Sequence record: PQ100635.1
DNA: 64,000 nt
From: Escherichia phage PNJ-9
Direction: 5' to 3' (one strand)
Shown: positions 39,155-49,658 of the stretch, piece by piece
Numbering within the stretch: the first letter of the stretch is position 1
Layout: every line of letters starts with the position of its first letter
Made by a program: the position numbers and the translations under genes
The notes under the pieces: generated by a model
What the model was told of the DNA's origin: nothing
What the model saw: only the letters and a program-made list of their open reading frames with translations
Database searches by the model: none

Positions 39155-40644
39155 TTTTAGATATTTTAAACCAAATAGCTGCGATCGGTTCTACTAAAAC
39201 AAAACAGGAAATCCTTAAGAAAAATAAGGACAACAAATTACTTGAACGTGTGTATCGTTTAACATATGCACGTGGTATCCAGTATTATATTAAGAAATGG
39301 CCAGGACCAGGTGAAAGGTCTCAAGCGTATGGTCTTCTTGAATTAGATGACATGTTGGATTTTATTGAGTTCACACTAGCCACTCGTAAACTCACTGGTA
39401 ATGCTGCAATTAAAGAGCTCATGGGTTATATCGCTGACGGTAAACCTGATGATGTAGAAGTCCTTCGTCGTGTAATGATGCGCGACCTTGAAGTAGGTGC
39501 TTCAGTGTCTATCGCGAATAAGGTGTGGCCTGGACTTATTCAATTGCAACCACAGATGTTAGCATCTGCATATGATGAGAAATTGATTACTAAAAATATT
39601 AAATGGCCTGCATTTGCCCAATTAAAAGCAGATGGTGCTCGTTGTTTCGCTGAAGTTCGCGATGATGGTGTTCAATTCTTTTCTCGTGCCGGTAACGAAT
39701 ATCACGGTCTTACTCTATTAGCTGATGAACTAATGGAAATGACTAAAGAAGCTCGTGAAAGACACCCTAATGGGGTTTTAATCGACGGTGAATTAGTTTA
39801 TCATTCATTTGATATTAAAAAGGCTGTGAGCTCAGGAAATGACCTGTCATTCTTATTTGGTGATAATGAAGAATCTGAAGAAGTACAAGTTGCGGACCGT
39901 AGCACTTCAAACGGTTTAGCAAATAAATCTCTTCAAGGGACTATTTCTCCTAAAGAAGCGGAAGGTATGGTTCTTCAAGCCTGGGACTATGTTCCTTTAG
40001 ATGAAGTCTATTCTGACGGCAAAATTAAAGGTCAGAAATACGATGTTCGTTTTGCTGCTCTTGAAAATATGGCTGAAGGCTTTAAACGAATTGAACCTAT
40101 CGAAAACCAGTTAGTTCGTAATCTTGATGAAGCTAAAGTGGTTTATAAAAAATATGTTGACCAAGGTCTTGAAGGTATTATCCTTAAAAACCGTGATTCA
40201 TATTGGGAAAACAAACGCTCTAAGAACCTAATTAAATTTAAAGAAGTTATTGATATCGCTTTAGAAGTTGTAGGATACTATGAACACTCTAAAGACCCTA
40301 ACAAATTAGGTGGTGTCGAACTCGTATCACGTTGTCGTCGTATTACAACCGATTGTGGTTCAGGGTTTAAAGATACAACTCATAAAACAGTTGACGGTGT
40401 AAAGGTTCTTATTCCTTTAGACGAGCGTCATGATTTAGACCGTGAACGATTAATGACCGAAGCTCGTGAAGGTAAATTAATCGGACGTATCGCTGATTGT
40501 GAATGTAATGGTTGGGTTCATTCTAAAGGCCGTGAAGGCACTGTAGGTATTTTCCTTCCAATTATTAAAGGGTTCCGTTTTGATAAAACAGAAGCGGATT
40601 CGTTTGAAGACGTATTTGGACCGTGGTCCCAGACAGGTTTATAA
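39151..40644 (+). CDS. 30: ATP-dependent DNA ligase gp30
   Basis: 497 aa; near-identical N-terminus to T4 ligase, adenylation motif KADGAR, C-terminal CECNGW. Confidence 0.92.
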   Translation: MILDILNQIAAIGSTKTKQEILKKNKDNKLLERVYRLTYARGIQYYIKKWPGPGERSQAYGLLELDDMLDFIEFTLATRKLTGNAAIKELMGYIADGKPDDVEVLRRVMMRDLEVGASVSIANKVWPGLIQLQPQMLASAYDEKLITKNIKWPAFAQLKADGARCFAEVRDDGVQFFSRAGNEYHGLTLLADELMEMTKEARERHPNGVLIDGELVYHSFDIKKAVSSGNDLSFLFGDNEESEEVQVADRSTSNGLANKSLQGTISPKEAEGMVLQAWDYVPLDEVYSDGKIKGQKYDVRFAALENMAEGFKRIEPIENQLVRNLDEAKVVYKKYVDQGLEGIILKNRDSYWENKRSKNLIKFKEVIDIALEVVGYYEHSKDPNKLGGVELVSRCRRITTDCGSGFKDTTHKTVDGVKVLIPLDERHDLDRERLMTEAREGKLIGRIADCECNGWVHSKGREGTVGIFLPIIKGFRFDKTEADSFEDVFGPWSQTGL

Positions 40645-40832
40645 TGAAAGCTTATTTAGAAACAGTTATTGTAGCTAAGAAGGATGGTGGAGATGTTTCC
40701 ACCTCTTGCTCTCAGATTATATTAGATTTTCCTAATAACGATTCCTATAATATTTTTATGGACAATTTTGATAAGTACGAAAAAGGCCCTAATTTTGAAG
40801 TTTATCGTACTTTGCTCCCGATTGTGGATTAA
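40644..40832 (+). CDS. hypothetical protein (62 aa)
   Basis: ATG overlaps ligase stop (TAATG); track ORF 40623 is an upstream extension. Confidence 0.4.
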   Translation: MKAYLETVIVAKKDGGDVSTSCSQIILDFPNNDSYNIFMDNFDKYEKGPNFEVYRTLLPIVD

Positions 40833-40852
40833 GAGCCTTCGGGCTCTTTTTG
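40831..40852 (+). terminator. rho-independent terminator
   Basis: AAGAGCC-UUC-GGGCUCUU hairpin followed by UUUUU. Confidence 0.65.
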
Positions 40853-40887
40853 GCATAAATATAAATTATTACTAAAAGGAAAACACT

Positions 40888-42975
40888 ATGTCTGAACAAT
40901 TAAATGAAGTGTTTGAATCTGAAGGCAGTCTTCCTGTCGTCAATTTGAACCCTAAAGCTAAAGTTCCACAAGTCTGGAAAATTGGTGATATCGATACAAA
41001 CATCGTAGTTCGCTTATTCTCTTACCTTTCCGAAGGTGATGCTGTAAAACAAGTTAAACTTGGCGACAAATACGCTCATGTTGTTATTATGAGTCTATCT
41101 GAAAAGGGCAATCTCGCTGAATTGAAAAATGGCCTTGGTCCTGCTCCTATTGATGCAATCAACACCATTTTCAATACAGTATATGAACAGGTTAAAGCTC
41201 TTCGTATGGATGCAGTTCTGTTCCGATTCCCTACCAAGAAATTGAAAGGACGCGGACAACAACTTCAAACTCTTCTTGCTCGTTTAGTTTCTACTAAAAC
41301 CGGTGGTCGTTTTAAAGTATTGTCGGCAATGTATCAATTCACAGGTAAACACACCTATGTGATGATGGTTCGTAAAAATGCCAACATTGAAGATATTAAA
41401 GGCATCCCTAACATTAACACAGAGTTGTACACGAAAGTAGATTCTGATGTTGGCGAAGTTTATGTGAGTAAAAAGACCGGTGAAAAGGTCACCAAAGAAA
41501 CGGCTATCGCTGGTTCTATTGCTGCTGTAGAAGAAAAACGTAAAGATAAGCCTGTTATTGCTCGTACTAAAATTTCTCGTCGTGCTATTGCAGCAAGTCA
41601 ATCTTTAGAAGCTGACCGACAAGAAGGTGAGTTATTCCAGAAATACGAAAATTCTGCTAAAGAAGTTAGTGGCCCAGCTACAGCCGAATTACTTCCTGAA
41701 GCATATGAAATTGTACTAGCCCAAGCATCGTCCACAGCAAAAGGCACTTTAGTTGCTGATATCGAAAATAAGATTTATAATCGTATTGATGAATCCTTTA
41801 AATTTGCTGATGAAGTTTCTTATGGTAGTGTTATTAAGCCGACTTTAGAAAAGTTTGCTAAGAAAATTAAAACTGAAAAAACAACATCTGTTAAAGCATT
41901 AGCCGCTTTTGTTGAAGCTGCAAACGAAATTGCAGACTCTATTAGAGACGAATGGTTTGAAGATTTTAGACGTGATAATTTCCAACTGCCTGACGATGTT
42001 TTAGCTGAAGTATCTGAAAGAACTTGGAAACAACGTAAATCAGCGTTCTTGTCTAATGTGATGTATACTTATGCACGAGAATCGGCTAGAGGCACCTTTA
42101 ATATAACAATGAATCGGGACCCTAAACAATACTCTGTTGCTGAAAAACGAGCTATTCGTGAATATGCCTCTTCTGCGTATATCGATATCAATAATATGTT
42201 GTTAGGTCGTTATAAACCAGATTTTTACGATGTTGCAGATGAAGATGAAGTTAAACGCGCTATTGATGGTCTTGATTCGGCGTTTTTAAATGGAGACCGT
42301 TTACCTGAAGGACTAACGTTATATAGAGCTCAGTCTATCAGAATGCCTATTTACGAAGCAATGGTTAAAAATAAGGTATTCTACTTCAGAAACTATGTTT
42401 CCACTTCACTAGCTCCTATTATTTTCGGTGGGTTTAAAGAGAACGTTGCCCTTGGACTTGCTCCTGAAGAAGTTCGCAAAGAGCTTAACATTGACAATAA
42501 TGACGAAGGTGTTACTATTTCTCCTAGTCAAGTAAGAACAGCTATGCATGCACCAGAACAAATCCGTGTTAACGTTGGATGGGCTATTGATGGCGCCCAT
42601 AAAGTTAACGTGATTTATCCAGGACAGTTGAGTAATCACCCTAATGAGCAAGAAATTATTTTGCCTAGAGGCATTCTCTTGCAGATAAATAAAATTACAG
42701 ATGCGTCATCTGACACTGGTGCAGGTTTAGAATCCAACCTTAAATTTATTCAAGCTGAAGTCATGTCCTCGGACCAGTTGGACGAAGCTGTCATTTACGA
42801 TGGTGATGTTCTCATGGAAACAGGCGAGGTAGTTGCTATGACGGGTGAAATCGAATCAGATGAGCCGGTATCTTTTTCCTCATTTGTAGAAAAAACTAGT
42901 GCACCTAAAGGTTTGAAATTGTTAGCATCTTTAATGGATTTAGAATCAGTTCCGTTTAAATTTATCCAAGGATAG
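40888..42975 (+). CDS. alt: ADP-ribosyltransferase Alt (virion-packaged, modifies host RNA polymerase)
   Basis: 695 aa; position between gene 30 and gene 54 and partial sequence similarity to T4 Alt as recalled (ISRRAIA.SQSLE, GLTLYR). Confidence 0.75.
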   Translation: MSEQLNEVFESEGSLPVVNLNPKAKVPQVWKIGDIDTNIVVRLFSYLSEGDAVKQVKLGDKYAHVVIMSLSEKGNLAELKNGLGPAPIDAINTIFNTVYEQVKALRMDAVLFRFPTKKLKGRGQQLQTLLARLVSTKTGGRFKVLSAMYQFTGKHTYVMMVRKNANIEDIKGIPNINTELYTKVDSDVGEVYVSKKTGEKVTKETAIAGSIAAVEEKRKDKPVIARTKISRRAIAASQSLEADRQEGELFQKYENSAKEVSGPATAELLPEAYEIVLAQASSTAKGTLVADIENKIYNRIDESFKFADEVSYGSVIKPTLEKFAKKIKTEKTTSVKALAAFVEAANEIADSIRDEWFEDFRRDNFQLPDDVLAEVSERTWKQRKSAFLSNVMYTYARESARGTFNITMNRDPKQYSVAEKRAIREYASSAYIDINNMLLGRYKPDFYDVADEDEVKRAIDGLDSAFLNGDRLPEGLTLYRAQSIRMPIYEAMVKNKVFYFRNYVSTSLAPIIFGGFKENVALGLAPEEVRKELNIDNNDEGVTISPSQVRTAMHAPEQIRVNVGWAIDGAHKVNVIYPGQLSNHPNEQEIILPRGILLQINKITDASSDTGAGLESNLKFIQAEVMSSDQLDEAVIYDGDVLMETGEVVAMTGEIESDEPVSFSSFVEKTSAPKGLKLLASLMDLESVPFKFIQG

Positions 42976-43004
42976 TTTACAAACACATGGATGTGTGATA
43001 CTAT
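42975..43004 (+). promoter_or_regulatory. sigma70-type early promoter
   Basis: GTTTACA 42975-42981, 17-bp spacer, TACTAT 42999-43004; imperfect dyad atggatg/catcccat. Confidence 0.5.
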
Positions 43005-43033
43005 CATCCCATCAACAACATGAGGAAAACGTT

Positions 43034-43327
43034 ATGAAATCTATGCTTCGCTTTAATGGTCAAGAACTAGTAGTTGAAGATGCTATCCCAGCGGATGATG
43101 TTTTTAACGAAGCTGTAATTGATGAATTGAATCGAGTATTCCCAGGTGCATTCCATATTGCTATGGAACCTCTTAAAAACTTTCGTGACCCTGAGCACAC
43201 TGATCAAATTTTTGTCGGTGTAGTGACAGGTCATTTAGAAACAGAGGTACCAATGGTCGTATTAGTTAAATACTCTAAAGATGATACTCCATTCAGAGCA
43301 CCAGCATTCCTTTCATTCCGTAAATAA
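43034..43327 (+). CDS. hypothetical protein (97 aa)
   Basis: Start at ATG 43034 with GAGGA RBS (track ORF 42995 is an upstream extension). Confidence 0.5.
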   Translation: MKSMLRFNGQELVVEDAIPADDVFNEAVIDELNRVFPGAFHIAMEPLKNFRDPEHTDQIFVGVVTGHLETEVPMVVLVKYSKDDTPFRAPAFLSFRK

Positions 43328-43336
43328 ACCCCTAAA

Positions 43337-43358
43337 GGGAGACGTTGTCTCCCTTTTT
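43337..43358. terminator. terminator hairpin between convergent genes
   Basis: GGGAGAC-GUUG-UCUCCC followed by UUUUU on + strand; lies between + ORF end (43327) and gene 54 end (43360). Confidence 0.6.
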
Positions 43359-43359
43359 C

Positions 43360-44322
43360 TTATAGTCCTAAAACTCTTGACGCAGAATTCACCACACCTG
43401 TCAATGTGTTTATATTAGACACACCTCCAGCAGTCCCACCTAATCTAGAAAGTCTTGATACTGCACTTCCTAGTCCAGAATCATTCTGATTATTTCCAAA
43501 CATTCCTGAAACACTACTAATAAGTCCTGATTCCAGCCATTCTAAAGCAGCCTGTCTATTTACAGCACCTGATTGCATAACGCGATAAGCAAATGTTACG
43601 TCAAAAACTGTTATCTGATTATCACCATCATACGTTAACTCAGGAGAAGAGACACTAACAGGAATACATCCAGTGAACATGACAGCGGTATGTGGTAAAC
43701 CATTTCGTGCATGTAAATTAACCTGAATATCTGCTTCGACGTCTTGTGGTAAAGCACGAAGACCTGTTACAGGGTCTTGGACTGAGTTTACCCAGTCTTG
43801 CATTGCTCTAAAGTTAGATGCTTCAGAATCCATTCTAAAGCTTATTACTAACGGGTCCATTTCACGGCCGGTAATTCGGATGTTCGGGGAGTTATAGTTG
43901 AAATCCGTTTCATAAGATAATCGGTTCTCAGGCATTTTTACAGAATAAATCATTAAACCTGTATTATTATATGCCATATTGAAGAAGTCTATCAGATAAG
44001 CTCCTACTGTGAACTCGCCTAACAAGCTTTGTACCGTACGTTGACTCATTGCTCCAATCAGATATTTACTTATACCTGATTTTCGAATTAATTTCTGTGT
44101 TCCTGCTGTAATCAGGGTTGTTACGCCCTGATTGATATCACCTTGAGTTAATCCTAACCAATCAGAATCCAACCCTAAGTTATTATAAGCAAAACTACCA
44201 ATTGACGAAATTAGTGAAGATGATTTAGTCGATGGTGTAGTAGCAAATACACAACTAAACATATTGTTTCGTTGGAAATCTGCATTTATAGCTTGGTTAT
44301 TAAATTCTTCTAAAGAGTACAT
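43360..44322 (-). CDS. 54: baseplate tail-tube initiator gp54
   Basis: 320 aa, same length as T4 gp54; position after gene 48. Confidence 0.85.
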   Translation of the reverse strand: MYSLEEFNNQAINADFQRNNMFSCVFATTPSTKSSSLISSIGSFAYNNLGLDSDWLGLTQGDINQGVTTLITAGTQKLIRKSGISKYLIGAMSQRTVQSLLGEFTVGAYLIDFFNMAYNNTGLMIYSVKMPENRLSYETDFNYNSPNIRITGREMDPLVISFRMDSEASNFRAMQDWVNSVQDPVTGLRALPQDVEADIQVNLHARNGLPHTAVMFTGCIPVSVSSPELTYDGDNQITVFDVTFAYRVMQSGAVNRQAALEWLESGLISSVSGMFGNNQNDSGLGSAVSRLSRLGGTAGGVSNINTLTGVVNSASRVLGL

Positions 44323-45431
44323 TAGAAAGTCCCCGCATAAAGTGAAGAACGGTTTAATGTAATAATTTCTCGCATTGTTATCTCTAACGTAAATGTTGAC
44401 GGTAAGTTAGGAGCAACAGCGAGACCATTAAATTGTCCATTTGGAGTTTTATCAAAACGTACGCTTTGAATTTGGCATGGGCCAAATACGTCAGTTAATC
44501 CATCAAATTTAGACGTATAACCAAAGTTTTTAACCATCCAAATTGTAGGGTTGCTTACAACTAATACGTTTGTTAATGACGCAGTAATCTTTTCAAACAA
44601 TGTCTTATTTTTTACTGCATCATCCGGAGTCATAGGCTCAATAAACGTTGAACGGTACCATTCGTCTAAATAACTTTTAATCTCTTGGGCGTATTGTGAT
44701 TTACCGGTCTCACCATATGAGAAATAGTTAAAATACTGGTAAATGTTTATAATAGCCATAAGGTCTTCAGTTGAACGTGGAGTTAAATCCCATGTAAAGA
44801 CTTTAGTACGGTTCTCAGCACCGCCATACATACTACGAGAAGTCGTATAAATCTGTTCGTTATTATCGGCCATAAGCCCTTGAGTAATAGAGTCTAATGC
44901 ACCAAAAACTGCAGTAGAAGCAATGTTACTTAAAACACCCGTAGCAGTACCTCCACCTTTAGTAATAAGGCTATCACCAATATCATTAAAACGGTGTGAA
45001 GTTGTATCAACGTCAGATTTGGAACGTGGCAAAAGTATATTAGCAACAGGAGTTTTATTTATAGTAGGTTTATTAGCTCCGGCAGGAAGCAACCCATTAG
45101 AGAATTTAGTCACTGCATCTTTCACATTATCAGTTAAATCTGATATGATACCGTTAGATGAAGTGCCGGCGTATGCCGGACGTAAATTCCTGAGGGATCC
45201 TGAATCGCGTGCAGACATATTGTACGCGGTAAATAATAATCCATTCTTATAAAGATCTGTTACCTGGAAGTCTCCTGTGGAGTCATTTCCGGCTGCTCTT
45301 CCTGTAGGAAATTGAGCAACATAAGTTTTAGTAGTTGTTTCGGTTTTAGTGCTTTGCCCAGCACTTTCTGAGACTGGGATTGCTTTATTTAAATCCTTTG
45401 CATCTACTACTATTTCTTTTACACTAATCAT
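44322..45431 (-). CDS. 48: baseplate tail-tube junction protein gp48
   Basis: 369 aa; position between 29 and 54 as in T4. Confidence 0.85.
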   Translation of the reverse strand: MISVKEIVVDAKDLNKAIPVSESAGQSTKTETTTKTYVAQFPTGRAAGNDSTGDFQVTDLYKNGLLFTAYNMSARDSGSLRNLRPAYAGTSSNGIISDLTDNVKDAVTKFSNGLLPAGANKPTINKTPVANILLPRSKSDVDTTSHRFNDIGDSLITKGGGTATGVLSNIASTAVFGALDSITQGLMADNNEQIYTTSRSMYGGAENRTKVFTWDLTPRSTEDLMAIINIYQYFNYFSYGETGKSQYAQEIKSYLDEWYRSTFIEPMTPDDAVKNKTLFEKITASLTNVLVVSNPTIWMVKNFGYTSKFDGLTDVFGPCQIQSVRFDKTPNGQFNGLAVAPNLPSTFTLEITMREIITLNRSSLYAGTF

Positions 45432-45439
45432 AATAATCC

Positions 45440-47212
45440 TTAATTAACACCGGTGGCATGGAAAATTCCAGGAGCCGTTGTACTTGTTACAGGGGTCATA
45501 TTCTGGACTACGGTATTCTTTTTGACGACATTATTTGTGTTACTAATCGCCGCTACCGGTTGCTGTTGTTTAGATTCAGAAGCACGTCCTTTCTCTATTG
45601 ACTGAACTTGTTTTGCTTCAGGAGATTTAGTCGAAGATTCAGGCTTAACTGTTGTCTGAGCCTTTTTGGCTTCAGCCATTTTATTATTTAGCTTTTCAAA
45701 TCTAGCATCTAATTCCTTTTTAACAACAGGAGTTTTATTAAGTTCAGGGTCTTTAATAAGTTTACTTAAATCAGCATAAGACTTCTCGACGTTTTTAGCA
45801 TTTTCTGGATTAGTCATATCGATTTTATCGATATAATCCTCAAATCTAACTAGTGCCGCACGAGTTTCATTAGCTTTTATATACGCCTCTTTACGCTCCT
45901 CTTCAGGTAACTCTTTTAATTTTGCTGATTCCGCAGCACGCTCATCGCTTGTACTAAACTCTTCTTTATTGTCATTACCACGAACCCAGTTAGTAACGAA
46001 TGTTTTGCCGCGTTGTAACATATCAAGACCTTTAGAAACGGTTCCTAATTCCCCATCGTCACGCTTCATTTGATATTTAGCGACTTTCTCTTGGTCTTCT
46101 TTCTTTAATGTGTTCCCAGTAGTTTCTTGGAATCCTTCCAAAGCACGTCCTTCTATTTCGTCCGCGGTATCACCAAAACCTATAGCACGCAATATAGACG
46201 CAGAGAGTTTAGCCATTCCTAATTGAATTAGTTCACCTAAGTTCATTAATGCTGTTCCTACACCTTTGACGATAGCAACGGTTAAACCACCCCAGTCTCC
46301 AGCTTCCCACAATTGTTTTATCGAGTCAATAGAAGTGAAAATATCACTTAAGAATTTGCCCCACTCTTTAGCTTCATTGGAGAATTTAGTAAAGTTTTCA
46401 TCAAATAAATCCCAGGCAGAAGTGAACTTGTCTGTCCAATATTTGAAATGGACTATCAATAAATCAATACCGATAACAATACCAAGAATAAGTGCGGCCA
46501 TTTTTGCTGCTTCAATAGCAGCCGTTATAGTGTATTTGAAAAGCATTCCAGCAATTCTGTCTGAAATTGATATTGATTTATTAAACCCAGCTTGAACTGT
46601 TTTGGTGAGCATTGCAATTTTATCGCTCAATTTAAAGCTAATTCCACCTTTAGAATCGGAAGTAGAATTAGCACTTTCTTGAACTGGGGCCGGGAAGAAA
46701 TCTTCGTCTGGCTTATTATCAATCTTTTCAGGTGTAGGTAATGCTTTAAACAACTCATCAGAAGTTTCATTCTCAACCACTTTAACAGGTATTGCGTTCT
46801 CAATTACTTCAAGAGAGGTGCCTCCTGTATTTTGAATAGCGGTAGATGTTTGTAATTTTTGCTCTAATAATGTAGCTAATCGGTCTAACTTAGAGCTTAT
46901 TGCACTAGAAACTTCGTTTATACTTTTAGTGACTTCAGTTTGTTTTTCAATAACTTCTGCGATAAGCTCTGTGCCTTCAGCAGTATTATCTGTCGAATTC
47001 TTTAAGTCTCCAATTGATTCAATAATTCCGTTGCCTTTATCTTCTACACTTTGTGATGTGAGTTCAGACGCGGCTTGGACATCGTCTAGTTTTGATGAAA
47101 TGTCATTCAATGCTTCTAATGAATCGGTAGCTGCTGTTGCAGCTACTTTTTGTGGTTTATTATCGGCAATGACCTTATTTCTACGCATGGATTTCATTTC
47201 TTCAGGTTTCAT
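45440..47212 (-). CDS. 29: tail tape-measure / baseplate hub protein gp29
   Basis: 590 aa, same length as T4 gp29; extended helical/low-complexity character. Confidence 0.85.
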   Translation of the reverse strand: MKPEEMKSMRRNKVIADNKPQKVAATAATDSLEALNDISSKLDDVQAASELTSQSVEDKGNGIIESIGDLKNSTDNTAEGTELIAEVIEKQTEVTKSINEVSSAISSKLDRLATLLEQKLQTSTAIQNTGGTSLEVIENAIPVKVVENETSDELFKALPTPEKIDNKPDEDFFPAPVQESANSTSDSKGGISFKLSDKIAMLTKTVQAGFNKSISISDRIAGMLFKYTITAAIEAAKMAALILGIVIGIDLLIVHFKYWTDKFTSAWDLFDENFTKFSNEAKEWGKFLSDIFTSIDSIKQLWEAGDWGGLTVAIVKGVGTALMNLGELIQLGMAKLSASILRAIGFGDTADEIEGRALEGFQETTGNTLKKEDQEKVAKYQMKRDDGELGTVSKGLDMLQRGKTFVTNWVRGNDNKEEFSTSDERAAESAKLKELPEEERKEAYIKANETRAALVRFEDYIDKIDMTNPENAKNVEKSYADLSKLIKDPELNKTPVVKKELDARFEKLNNKMAEAKKAQTTVKPESSTKSPEAKQVQSIEKGRASESKQQQPVAAISNTNNVVKKNTVVQNMTPVTSTTAPGIFHATGVN

Positions 47213-47742
47213 TCAAGCAATCCAATAATTTCTGCTATACCCTTAATAGGGCCATTAGGGCCTGGAATAGCAATAGTTGTCGAAAGGTCTTCTGCCCATT
47301 TGATTACAAAAGCAGGCATCTCAAGGAAAGAAATTTCTTTCTCTTCGTCATTAACTTTTATTAAGCAATTTGATAGCATTTCACTGATTGTAGCGAATTG
47401 TTCAAATTTGCCTGGGGGTCTAAAATAAAAAGTATTACCTTGAAATTGGAATTCTGTTCGTTGACATACATAGACGTCATCTAGTTTATAAGTGAATCCA
47501 TCTTTTTCAACTTCAGACTTAAGTTTGTTATTAAATTCCAATATGTGTAGACATGCAAAATCAAAATCTGCGGGACTCATATTTTTACAAATAGAATCAG
47601 CTAAGATTTTCATGTTTTCGTCAGGACCTTTAACGTCCTTTAAAAGATTATAATGTTTGAGCCCTAATTTAGGAATCATTACCTTTTTATTAGACTGTGG
47701 TAGAATTATTTTCTTTAGAGGTAGAATCAGATTTAAGTTCAT
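47209..47742 (-). CDS. 28: baseplate hub distal subunit gp28
   Basis: 177 aa, same length as T4 gp28; overlaps gene 27 3' end. Confidence 0.8.
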   Translation of the reverse strand: MNLNLILPLKKIILPQSNKKVMIPKLGLKHYNLLKDVKGPDENMKILADSICKNMSPADFDFACLHILEFNNKLKSEVEKDGFTYKLDDVYVCQRTEFQFQGNTFYFRPPGKFEQFATISEMLSNCLIKVNDEEKEISFLEMPAFVIKWAEDLSTTIAIPGPNGPIKGIAEIIGLLE

Positions 47743-48862
47743 TTTTAACCTTAACTGGGTTAACAGGTTCTAACACCATTGAGTTGGTAAACATGTACAG
47801 ATGAGTTTGTGAGTTGTTATTTGATAACTCATGAATAACTTCATCCACGTAAAATTCGGATTTGAATTGGTTCTTTTGGTCAACAAATATAATTTTAGTA
47901 GCAGGCGTTATGTTAAAATTACCTGTAGTAGTGCATTTAGCATATCCGTCATATTGAGCCATTGTCTGAAGACGACTTGCTTCTTCAAATCCATTACGAT
48001 AGGTCATTTCGGAATATCCGCCAGATCTTGACACAAGAATAGCATTATCACCATCACCTGTAACAATAACTGGAATAGATGTATCTAAAAATGAATGGGC
48101 GAATATCGTGGCGTTTTTAATAGGGTCTCTTGTAAATTGGTTGGCTTTAGTCATCCAGGTAAAATCCCATACTAATGGATACTCAAGCTCTTGAATATAC
48201 TGACCTACAGTATTTGGCTCACCTACAATCATCTTAATGCCTTCCTGACCAATAAGAGTATCGTAGTCAATCATGTTTACGCCTAAAATATCTTGCCATA
48301 CGAATACGAACTTATCACTCGCTGTAGCAAGTCCTAATTCTCTGACATATGCCAAATAATCATCAAATGTGCTTGTCCAAGGAATATCAGGAACATAAGC
48401 ATTAATAGTGTTTATTGGCGGAGTAATTAACGTACGGTCTTTATATATAACACCTAACATTTCACGTATAGATTCGCCTGCGTCCGAGAAGAATGGACGC
48501 CCAAATTTAAGGTTCTCTATAGAATGTATTGTTCCAAGCTCAATTGCAATAATATTGTCACCTTTTGAGTCTACAGACACAGAATAATGTCTACATCCAT
48601 AAATTCGAGTTCTAACTTGGAGAGGTGTGTTTGAATTTGAAACAGAGATTTGAACTATTTGTCTACCGTCCATTTTAGTGTGGATGTTTTTAGTGTCATA
48701 AAATTGAAGAATCCCTTCATTTCTTCCATATAGCGAATCTCGCATAGTTAAAGTTGTTATTGTTGCTGCGAGTTCAACATATCTATTTTCTTGCCAAGCC
48801 GAATAATCTTGATATAATTTAACGCTTAAGTTAGGATATCCTGGACGTTGGAATACTGTCAT
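47690..48862 (-). CDS. 27: baseplate hub subunit gp27
   Basis: 390 aa; position and length as T4 gp27. Confidence 0.85.
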   Translation of the reverse strand: MTVFQRPGYPNLSVKLYQDYSAWQENRYVELAATITTLTMRDSLYGRNEGILQFYDTKNIHTKMDGRQIVQISVSNSNTPLQVRTRIYGCRHYSVSVDSKGDNIIAIELGTIHSIENLKFGRPFFSDAGESIREMLGVIYKDRTLITPPINTINAYVPDIPWTSTFDDYLAYVRELGLATASDKFVFVWQDILGVNMIDYDTLIGQEGIKMIVGEPNTVGQYIQELEYPLVWDFTWMTKANQFTRDPIKNATIFAHSFLDTSIPVIVTGDGDNAILVSRSGGYSEMTYRNGFEEASRLQTMAQYDGYAKCTTTGNFNITPATKIIFVDQKNQFKSEFYVDEVIHELSNNNSQTHLYMFTNSMVLEPVNPVKVKNELKSDSTSKENNSTTV

Positions 48863-49611
48863 TTTTTATGGTCCTTTTCTACTAATGTTAAAGCAATACC
48901 ACGTTCAACAGGAATCATTTGCATAATAGAATCCAATGTGTATTGACTCTTTACTAGTGAATGGTTTATCTGATAGAATGTAAAAATCTCATCAGGGTTA
49001 ACTAACAATTTAAAAACCTCTAAGATATCAGTATATGTTTTAACATGTCGTTCACAACAACCTAATCTAAGGGTCAAATTAATAGGATTCATAGAAGCAA
49101 TAACCTTCTCAAGAGAGTCAATATCTATTGCTTCTATTACTTGGATTTGGTTCTCTTCAGTCAAATCATTCCATGGGTACCATTCATCGTTATAATATAT
49201 TTCTTTTATGTTTTCACTTATCATTAATGCTTTATTGTCATAAAACTTTTCAGGGAAAGAAAAACGTATTTTTATACCAGCAACATCAAGTTCAGGTTCG
49301 ACTAGTTCTTTTTGATATATCTCGAATGGTGCAGTTTTTTCTTTAGAGCATTTAGGGCAAGTGAAAATAACGGGAACTTTTGTTTTGCCTATAGAGCCTG
49401 CAAAAACTTGCAGGAATATAAATGGTTGCCATGTTTTAGGGTACTCGCCAAAATAATCATCAATCAGATCGGCAATTATTTCTTTTTGTTCTTGCGGCGA
49501 ACGATGTTCGATATCATTTCTAACTAGTAAAAAGTCTCTATAATCCGCCACAGTGAACGGCTTAAAACGATGAACACCATCCGGTAATTTACAACGAATT
49601 ATATTAGCCAT
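48859..49611 (-). CDS. 51: baseplate hub assembly catalyst gp51
   Basis: 250 aa; position and length as T4 gp51. Confidence 0.85.
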   Translation of the reverse strand: MANIIRCKLPDGVHRFKPFTVADYRDFLLVRNDIEHRSPQEQKEIIADLIDDYFGEYPKTWQPFIFLQVFAGSIGKTKVPVIFTCPKCSKEKTAPFEIYQKELVEPELDVAGIKIRFSFPEKFYDNKALMISENIKEIYYNDEWYPWNDLTEENQIQVIEAIDIDSLEKVIASMNPINLTLRLGCCERHVKTYTDILEVFKLLVNPDEIFTFYQINHSLVKSQYTLDSIMQMIPVERGIALTLVEKDHKK

Positions 49612-49628
49612 AATTACTCCTTTTCTAT

Positions 49629-49636
49629 TATTTATA
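49629..49636 (-). promoter_or_regulatory. late promoter TATAAATA for gene 51
   Basis: Exact TATAAATA on - strand 18 bp upstream of gene 51 start; overlaps divergent + strand late promoter. Confidence 0.6.
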
Positions 49637-49640
49637 AATA
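49633..49640 (+). promoter_or_regulatory. late promoter TATAAATA for gene 26
   Basis: Exact TATAAATA 19 bp upstream of gene 26 start; part of palindromic TATTTATAAATA. Confidence 0.6.
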
Positions 49641-49658
49641 CACAATAAAGGAGTTAAC

